This document shows, piece by piece, positions 36,886 through 43,014 of a DNA stretch of 43,014 nucleotides. Within the stretch, counting starts at the first letter, position 1; each line of letters opens with the position of its first letter. Below the pieces are notes generated by a model. It saw only the letters and a program-made list of their open reading frames with translations. It made no database searches and was not told the origin of the DNA. This stretch comes from a virus (taxonomy: Duplodnaviria > Caudoviricetes): IMG/VR virus record IMGVR_UViG_3300048893_000109, positions 1 to 43,014 of that record. The stretch is one strand, 5' to 3'. The position numbers and the translations under genes were made by a program.

Positions 36886-37897
36886 GAGCACCCTCCTTTT
36901 TCCGACGCTGTAACCATTGAACCGCTGCTAGACGCCAATCTTCTGCACTGATTGTGTTGGCGATATCTAATGCATCTGCCATGTTTCCCTGCTTGTAGAG
37001 ATTATGGACAACTGCCATGCGTGCTACGGTATATCCTAGAAAAGGATTGTACCAATTTGTTCTAAGCTGAGCAAGGTGCCCTGCTTGAAACTCATCGATG
37101 AAATCCATAAGCCGTTGCAGTTCAGGACCAAAGTTATAACGATCTTCCATCAATGGTGATGTTTCACCATAAGGGTGAATTCTGTATGCTTCTGCAAACC
37201 TCGTACCTCCCTCACACCGACGACACAACCGGTTATACTCTGAGACGTAGAGATGTAGATTGTTAGTGATCTGAAGGTACCCTCCCATAGGAAGGTCAAG
37301 TTTTCCTGCCATATACTCGAGGAGTATGGAGAAATGTACAGCATTGGCACCGCACGCTCCCCATATCAGGTCATTTGACCGGTTGAAAACTGTGAGGTTT
37401 AGACAACCCCTTCGAATGCTAAATACAGCAGAAAGATTACAGGGCTTGCTATGACTAGATCGTAGGTCATCTATTCCTCCTGCTCCCCACATCGTCAGTA
37501 CCGCTTGCCGGGTTGCGGGGTCTTTTCGTAGTTGGTTTCCGATTTCGTCTAATTGATCGTAGTCGTAACTGTACCGCCATCGATGCCCATAGGCATCAAG
37601 AATTGTGCCATCTACACCATAGTTCTTACTAAAATCTTTGATGTAGTGGTCGAGAAAAGCTCCGTCTCTTCTACCCGCAAGCATCCACATTGCTTCCATG
37701 ATATGGAAGAATGGATTCGCGTCTCTAATAGGATCAAGCAGGACGTGTTGCTTGGGGTACTGATAAGCGATGGTAACCGGTGTGGGTGCTACAAGGGCCG
37801 CTCCAGCTCGCGTCGGAAAAACAGACCCGTTGGTGATAAGAAGATTAGTTGCCTTCAGCAACGCATCTCTTACATTGTTAGCCTCGATTACGTGCAT
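36860..37897 (-). CDS. Thymidylate synthase-fold protein, probable dUMP hydroxymethylase
   Basis: AYG.RW, TRQAV..MW, PCN catalytic Cys, RSND..WG..GAN (Asn at the dUMP-specificity position), NLHLY. Confidence 0.8.
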   Translation of the reverse strand: MHVIEANNVRDALLKATNLLITNGSVFPTRAGAALVAPTPVTIAYQYPKQHVLLDPIRDANPFFHIMEAMWMLAGRRDGAFLDHYIKDFSKNYGVDGTILDAYGHRWRYSYDYDQLDEIGNQLRKDPATRQAVLTMWGAGGIDDLRSSHSKPCNLSAVFSIRRGCLNLTVFNRSNDLIWGACGANAVHFSILLEYMAGKLDLPMGGYLQITNNLHLYVSEYNRLCRRCEGGTRFAEAYRIHPYGETSPLMEDRYNFGPELQRLMDFIDEFQAGHLAQLRTNWYNPFLGYTVARMAVVHNLYKQGNMADALDIANTISAEDWRLAAVQWLQRRKKEGAHDTRTNSN

Positions 37898-38678
37898 TGC
37901 GCCCTTCCTCCAAAGCCTTCTGCCACTGGATTACAACTTCAACCCGGTTACTACCGTCCTGGTATTTACGATCAGCTAGAGTGATATACTGAGGAAATAA
38001 CGCTGCGAGCCGCCGTGCCTCCTCATTGTTCATCTCAACTGTGCGATACCGACTACACCCTCCCGGTGCAGAAAACTCTCGCTGATCAGCTACCGTATCA
38101 GTCCATAATGCGTTGGGGTAACCTTTCAACAAGAGTTGTAAGGTCGTGCACATATCCTCACGTAGCTCAATCAAGCTCCAATCAACCTCCTTAGCTACGA
38201 CAGGGAGGTAATAACCCAAGGTACAGACCATTTTACCGGGAGTTTTCCAACCGGTCTCTTTTATGGTATTGTTCCCTTGTCGCTGAGCGAATCCTACATG
38301 CGGAAACTCAAAGCTCAATTTATCTTCGATGCGCTGAAATTCGGCTTCCAATTTTGCATCTGCAATTGGAATAAGAGCTGCACCGGCTGCAGATTTGCGG
38401 GTAGCGAACCTCAAATCATCATCGAGCATAAAAATTTTTTCATACCCACGTCGGACCCATTCCTGTATAATCCATTCACGCTTGGCAGTTATTTTCCAGG
38501 TTGGGTCAGGTTGAACTACAACCTCATAATCTGTACGCATATCCCTCAACCGGTTATACTCTTGCTCAGGACAAACGAGTGTTACTCGTTTCATAAATTT
38601 GCCCTTGGGCAGATTTTGCACAGTGAGTTGTGCGTTCACTCGACCGTGGGTTGGGATAATGATAGCCATCTGTGACAT
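37878..38678 (-). CDS. GT-A fold glycosyltransferase (TET/JBP-associated phage DNA glycosyltransferase-like)
   Basis: IIIPTHGR, MLDDDL (DxD), EDM..TLQLL..G, APGGCS motifs. Confidence 0.75.
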   Translation of the reverse strand: MSQMAIIIPTHGRVNAQLTVQNLPKGKFMKRVTLVCPEQEYNRLRDMRTDYEVVVQPDPTWKITAKREWIIQEWVRRGYEKIFMLDDDLRFATRKSAAGAALIPIADAKLEAEFQRIEDKLSFEFPHVGFAQRQGNNTIKETGWKTPGKMVCTLGYYLPVVAKEVDWSLIELREDMCTTLQLLLKGYPNALWTDTVADQREFSAPGGCSRYRTVEMNNEEARRLAALFPQYITLADRKYQDGSNRVEVVIQWQKALEEGRNARNRG

Positions 38679-38701
38679 GGTAGCCTCTTAGATGATGTGG
38701 T

Positions 38702-39601
38702 TTACCGGTAGACTTGTCGTGGTCTTCCTACGCCTGTGCGGACTTTTTCGTATTTACTCCATTCGCATAAATGGTTCTGCGTGTCTTGGCAGTGAAACGG
38801 ACCTAGTCCATATTCTGCTAGCTTTTCATTCTCGTATTTATTCAGCTCTTGTATGCCTTTCAACCATTCCGCGTCTTTCCACGAGGCATCCATCGAACGA
38901 CCTTGAATAATATTCAACCCCTTCTTGCTCCCCGGTCCCGGTGACGCCCACGACCACCAGTCCGGAGTATCTCTCATGAAAGATACGTACTTTAAATCCG
39001 CTACTAATTGAGCCGCCATAAAACTTCCGAGTCCACGACTGTCCCTCCGGAGCCATTCGTACATTCCTTCAAGTAATGGTGGATATTGCGACCAAAACTC
39101 CCATGTAGCAGCCCATGGCTTTTGAGCCCACATATGGAAATACGATACGACTCCTGGGCCTTTCTCGTAACCCTGTTCCCCCGTAATAATGAAAGCACCG
39201 GTTATATGAGGCGGAGGGATACTATTAATGCATTGCAATAGATGAGTACGTTGTAGACAACCTGATAGGATATACTGCTCGAAGACAGAATAATTGTGTA
39301 AATCCGGTTGATTAAACAATGAATCACATGTCGATATCCGATTGAACCACCGGTAAAGCACTGTCCCAGGTAGAACCCAAGGATTCTTATCTCCATACCG
39401 ATCACGCACGGTCTTTTGATAATGCAACGAGGTGCGATCACGCTCCCGGTACACTTCAGTAAACCGGTATTCGTTAAGGATAGGGTCCGTGGTCCAGGGT
39501 CGTGGTTTACCACTGGACTTGCGTTGATAGATACTATCTCTCTCCACAAGGAAAGACAGATACCGGGATACTGGGTCTTTGACTTCTGCGATTTTTGTCA
39601 T
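38702..39601 (-). CDS. aGPT-Pplase1 / 5-hmdU DNA kinase helical-domain family protein
   Basis: ER..IY..K..G.P.PWT.DPIL..YRFT.V.RE.DR N-terminus; G.G.FMA.Q.V.DL, GPGS..GL, D.QN.LCEW.KY. Confidence 0.82.
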   Translation of the reverse strand: MTKIAEVKDPVSRYLSFLVERDSIYQRKSSGKPRPWTTDPILNEYRFTEVYRERDRTSLHYQKTVRDRYGDKNPWVLPGTVLYRWFNRISTCDSLFNQPDLHNYSVFEQYILSGCLQRTHLLQCINSIPPPHITGAFIITGEQGYEKGPGVVSYFHMWAQKPWAATWEFWSQYPPLLEGMYEWLRRDSRGLGSFMAAQLVADLKYVSFMRDTPDWWSWASPGPGSKKGLNIIQGRSMDASWKDAEWLKGIQELNKYENEKLAEYGLGPFHCQDTQNHLCEWSKYEKVRTGVGRPRQVYR

Positions 39602-41151
39602 TCTAGTAGCCCATCGAAGTGATAACGACGTTCGGGGTGGATGATAACTAATTCTTCGAATGCCCGTGTAATACCGGTATAGAATACACGAGCCTCGTCG
39701 TCTTGGTTGGTGGCAAACTTATCGGCTAGCTTGGCGGTCTCGGACAACATGATAACCTTATCAGCTTGCCCGCCCTTTACCCGATGGATAGTTGAAATAT
39801 GGATACTTGGTTTAGATACTAGATTGTATCCATTGTCAATTACCCGTTGAATATAATCAGCATCACGCGGGTCAATTTCAGTAAACACCTCCCGCCATTT
39901 GCCTCTTACGTTCAAACCATACTCGTCCTGTAACTCCTTCAAGCTGATATCAGGAGCGTCGCCCTGTTTCTCCAACCGGTTGAGTTTGGCTTTGGAGCCA
40001 TGAGCGATCCCTACGGCTACCCGCTTGTTGTTCTCGGATGGTAATAGACTATAGATCTTAACAGCATCTGAGATCGGTATTGTATAGCCGTTCTGAAGAT
40101 CATTCCATGATGTAATGGCTCTAGCATAGGCGGGTTTGATACTATGCGCATCAAAATACCGATAAGGCAACCCATTCGCGCGACACCACGGAACAAACCG
40201 GTTGCGTATCAGCTTGACTGTCCGCCCCAGCATCATAACAGACATATCAAGTTGCTTTGGATCGAGTTCATCAATATTCTGACACCATGTCATTTGACCT
40301 TGAGCTTGGCGTGGCATCCATAGCTTCTTGCGCCGATTGTCAACACGCTCAATGACTTCATTGGCGCGTGCGTGGATGAGGGCAGGCACCCTAAAGCTTT
40401 GACTCAATAGCCTCACCTCACCTGGCATTGAAATAAACCTGGATGAAGCACCAGCCCAACCATAAATGGTTTGATCGTCGTCACCAGCGATATAGAGTCG
40501 TTCAACTTGTTGCGCTAATACCTCCACCATTTCCCATTGTAATTCGCTAAGATCCTGAGCCTCATCAACAATCAGCACCTCCAGCCTTGGCGGTGCATTA
40601 AGCGATATAAACTCCTCGATCATATCTGTGAAATCAAGCAACCCTTTCTTCTGCTTATAGTTATGAAGATTGCTGATAATAGCCATTGACCGGGTAAAGT
40701 CAGGAACAATATAATCATGCTGACTTAATATCAACTCAACCGGTTGTCGCGTGATTCTCGCATAGTTTTCAAAAAATAAAACGATATCGTCGCCTACGAA
40801 ATTTGTATAGGTTCCATCATCTGATGATAACCCACCATGTATTTCGTACCCGTACTCCTTTGCAAAATCTCCAACTTTGTGACCGGTGAATATATCTCCG
40901 GTCTTCATACCCAAATGCCGAAAGGCAGCGGAATGCAAAGTATTGAAATAACGAAACCTTTCTCGTGGCAAATTGAACTGCTCACTCGCACGAGTAATAG
41001 CTTCTTCAACACCTTTGCGTGTGAATGTCATATACCCTATGCGGTCAGGAGCAACCCCATTCTGCATTTCCTCATCAACAATGTTGAGGAGAGCGGTGGT
41101 TTTCCCTGTGCCGGGAGGTCCTAAGAATATTACCGGGTTGAGGTCTAGCAT
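39598..41151 (-). CDS. SF1 UvrD/Rep-like helicase
   Basis: GPPGTGKT, VDEAQD, GDDDQ.IY, QSFR, STIH..KG, YTGITRA. Confidence 0.93.
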   Translation of the reverse strand: MLDLNPVIFLGPPGTGKTTALLNIVDEEMQNGVAPDRIGYMTFTRKGVEEAITRASEQFNLPRERFRYFNTLHSAAFRHLGMKTGDIFTGHKVGDFAKEYGYEIHGGLSSDDGTYTNFVGDDIVLFFENYARITRQPVELILSQHDYIVPDFTRSMAIISNLHNYKQKKGLLDFTDMIEEFISLNAPPRLEVLIVDEAQDLSELQWEMVEVLAQQVERLYIAGDDDQTIYGWAGASSRFISMPGEVRLLSQSFRVPALIHARANEVIERVDNRRKKLWMPRQAQGQMTWCQNIDELDPKQLDMSVMMLGRTVKLIRNRFVPWCRANGLPYRYFDAHSIKPAYARAITSWNDLQNGYTIPISDAVKIYSLLPSENNKRVAVGIAHGSKAKLNRLEKQGDAPDISLKELQDEYGLNVRGKWREVFTEIDPRDADYIQRVIDNGYNLVSKPSIHISTIHRVKGGQADKVIMLSETAKLADKFATNQDDEARVFYTGITRAFEELVIIHPERRYHFDGLLE

Positions 41152-41165
41152 GTGCGCTCCCTGTG

Positions 41166-41188
41166 ACCGGGAGGTTGTTCCTCCCGGT
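41166..41188. promoter_or_regulatory. Intergenic hairpin between SSB-like and helicase genes
   Basis: ACCGGGAGG-TTGTT-CCTCCCGGT perfect 9-bp stem, no U tract on - strand. Confidence 0.5.
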
Positions 41189-41212
41189 TGGATAGATAGA
41201 ATGTGTTGAGTT

Positions 41213-42010
41213 TTAAAAAGGAATTTCGTCTTCTGCTACGTCGGCTACCTTTTCGCCGCGCTTCACAGCTTGGTAGAACTCTTTGGCCTTGTCATACTCA
41301 GCTTTCTTAACAAAGCCGAGGTCTTGATATTCAAGACCGAACCATTTGCCGATAGCGTTCTGCATGGGAACCGTAGTCAACTTATACCTGCGAGAGAACG
41401 CAGGCATTACCTGACCGGTGGTGGGGTGTTTGAACTTTTGGAATAGGGTTTGCCACTTGCGAGCAAACGTGTGCTTGGTGCCAGTGCAGGGTAACACATA
41501 GGGCTCACCGTCGCAGAGCAAGTAAAACTCTCTGGTGTCTTGGATACTGTTACCATTGGGCCGTACAATGACCACTTTTTCACGACCATTGTCGTCGCGA
41601 ATTGTTTTCTCCATCATATCTTCTGGGGGTGTGCTGTGACGACGAACAAATCCTTGCCGATTCGGCAGCCATTCAACCCAACATCGCACCATCTCGCACG
41701 GAATAACATCAATACCGGTTACACCGTCACGGATAGGTTGAAGATCATTGCGAAGCCAGAAGTGCCCCGGCTTGGCACCTTGAATATAAGCTGGTCCACG
41801 TTCCTCCACACTTGGGGAGTTGCTTTGCAGTACGTAGATGAGTGGGAGTAGTTGGTCTTCGGGCTTGAAACTTACGCCCATCCCTGCATCAGCAGCAAGG
41901 TCTTCCATTAATTCTGCGGGGACTTGGTTGCCACCGATAACAACCGGTGTAATGTCCTTAATTTCGGTGACCGGTGCGGCAGGTTTAAGTGCTGTTTCTA
42001 GCTTTGCCAT
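41213..42010 (-). CDS. Single-stranded DNA-binding protein-like
   Basis: P...VLQ..SP...Y..GA.PG motif, acidic C-terminus EDEIPF typical of SSBs, replication context. Confidence 0.65.
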   Translation of the reverse strand: MAKLETALKPAAPVTEIKDITPVVIGGNQVPAELMEDLAADAGMGVSFKPEDQLLPLIYVLQSNSPSVEERGPAYIQGAKPGHFWLRNDLQPIRDGVTGIDVIPCEMVRCWVEWLPNRQGFVRRHSTPPEDMMEKTIRDDNGREKVVIVRPNGNSIQDTREFYLLCDGEPYVLPCTGTKHTFARKWQTLFQKFKHPTTGQVMPAFSRRYKLTTVPMQNAIGKWFGLEYQDLGFVKKAEYDKAKEFYQAVKRGEKVADVAEDEIPF

Positions 42011-42078
42011 CTGTGCCTAGCTCACTGTTGCAACAGGGATCTGGCCCTGTCTGTAAAGCAAATGTAAACTAGGCACAG
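42011..42078 (-). promoter_or_regulatory. Structured leader abutting the SSB-like start codon
   Basis: CTGTGCCTAG (42011-42020)/CTAGGCACAG (42069-42078) perfect inverted repeat, inner ACAGGG/CCCTGT stem. Confidence 0.55.
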
Positions 42079-42125
42079 GCTGGATGACAAGTGAATAATA
42101 CGCGTATAAGGTTTTTTATTTTTAG

Positions 42126-42464
42126 TTAGAACGTAGTTAGACTTTCGCTCTCCTTAATCGTTTCTGTTTCGCCGAGTATAAACTCGACATCCACCACATC
42201 ACCGTCCTTGAGATTATCCCAATTGGATTCTATGTACTGATGAGCCACACTCATAGTTCTGGCTCCTCTTGGCCATTCGTATGGGTCATAAGCGACCCCA
42301 CGACACTGACCCTTAATAACGATGACACATTTCTCGCTGCTATCGGCCATATACCCATCTCGTCTGAGTAGGTAACGCTGACCCTCATTGGCAGCAACCG
42401 GTTTGATGCAGATTAGTGGGATAAATGTTCCTTTATCCCGAAGCTCTAGGCACTTACTTTCCAT
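42126..42464 (-). CDS. Hypothetical protein
   Basis: RBS AAAGGA before MESKCLELRD; YDPY.W...RTM..AH.YI...W..L..GDVVDVEFILGE pattern. Confidence 0.7.
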   Translation of the reverse strand: MESKCLELRDKGTFIPLICIKPVAANEGQRYLLRRDGYMADSSEKCVIVIKGQCRGVAYDPYEWPRGARTMSVAHQYIESNWDNLKDGDVVDVEFILGETETIKESESLTTF

Positions 42465-42477
42465 CGTGTAGGTTCCT

Positions 42478-42975
42478 TTAGGGTGACACCGGAGATCCAC
42501 CAGCTCCACCGGTTGCACGTCGAGCATCTTCTTCTGTCCAGTAATCGCGCATGCGTTGACCGGGTTGTAGAGGTTTTGCTAGTATTTCATAAATACTAGC
42601 ATTCATAAAATGACCGTGACCAGCTTTCTTCTCCTTGGCTGCTTCGGCTAATAGTTCTTCTTTTGTTAAATTGCCGAGACTTAGTCCTCCTATGTACCAG
42701 CGCCTCATAAATTCTTTGTGGTGACTATTAACACGCTTCATAGTTTGGGCTGAGAAGTTAATAGCCCCCCGTTCTGTGTATTTGATATCCTCATGAGGCA
42801 GTATTTTGTTTTTCATTTCTCGCCTAACTAGCCTCCTTTCTAAGGCTAGTATTTTATTGACCCCCACGTCTATAACATAGAGAGCTAGCTCTCTGTTTTG
42901 CAAGATAACTTCTGCAGCATCGATACGCCCATGATCTTCTATTAGCTCGATTACTGCGTTCTTTAGGTTTTCCAC
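42478..42975 (-). CDS. Hypothetical protein
   Basis: RBS AAGGAAG before GTG; 165 aa. Confidence 0.65.
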   Translation of the reverse strand: MENLKNAVIELIEDHGRIDAAEVILQNRELALYVIDVGVNKILALERRLVRREMKNKILPHEDIKYTERGAINFSAQTMKRVNSHHKEFMRRWYIGGLSLGNLTKEELLAEAAKEKKAGHGHFMNASIYEILAKPLQPGQRMRDYWTEEDARRATGGAGGSPVSP

Positions 42976-43014
42976 TGGTTTCTTCCTTTTCAGGGTTTAA
43001 GTAGACGCTCGTCA

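Larger units (their letters stand above)
755..42513. repeat. Highly iterated palindrome ACCGGT, about 108 dispersed copies
   Basis: Manual count, e.g. 755, 1974, 2443, 2696, 3174, 4033, 20667, 20709, 20835, 20952, 21003, 26961, 27006, 27101, 27147, 33443, 33571, 33637, 33772, 41943, 41970, 42397, 42508. Confidence 0.9.
1..43014. mobile_element. Tailed dsDNA bacteriophage genome segment (myovirus); late module on +, replication/DNA-modification module on -
   Basis: Contiguous tail/baseplate/lysis genes and phage replication genes, dense overlapping start/stop junctions, no host housekeeping genes, no integrase in window. Confidence 0.97.

Noticed and set aside
36860-37897. dCMP hydroxymethylase (T4-like glucosyl-hmC pathway)
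   Set aside because: Asn rather than Asp at the apparent specificity position (WGACGAN) and an aGPT-Pplase1-family neighbour favour dUMP; not fully excluded without an alignment

Overview
The whole window is a segment of a tailed dsDNA phage (contractile-tail myovirus; tail/baseplate genes of the DUF3383-sheath type seen in Bcep781/OP2-like phages; host not determinable, probably a proteobacterium). The + strand (1-27320) carries tail sheath and tube, a free-standing GIY-YIG endonuclease, chaperone, two paralogous tape-measure-like genes, baseplate, fibres, lysis genes and accessory structural/secreted proteins. The - strand (27370-42975) carries replication genes (SNF2 and UvrD helicases, family A polymerase, ExoX, SSB-like protein), a secreted GH26 glycosidase and a thymine-hypermodification cluster (dUMP hydroxymethylase-like TS, aGPT-Pplase1/5-hmdU DNA kinase-family protein, GT-A glycosyltransferase, HD nucleotidase, DUF3310). 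Two DNA-level signals are not explained by the genes. First, the palindrome ACCGGT occurs about 108 times by manual count against roughly 8-10 expected, in all reading frames. Second, three 94-109 nt tracts lack the dinucleotides TC/GA completely; two begin within an identical 20-bp sequence and the third is maintained inside a coding region by synonymous codon choice. Together these suggest a sequence-context-specific DNA modification system with reserved unmodified windows. That is an inference, and all protein calls come from motif recognition, not database searches.
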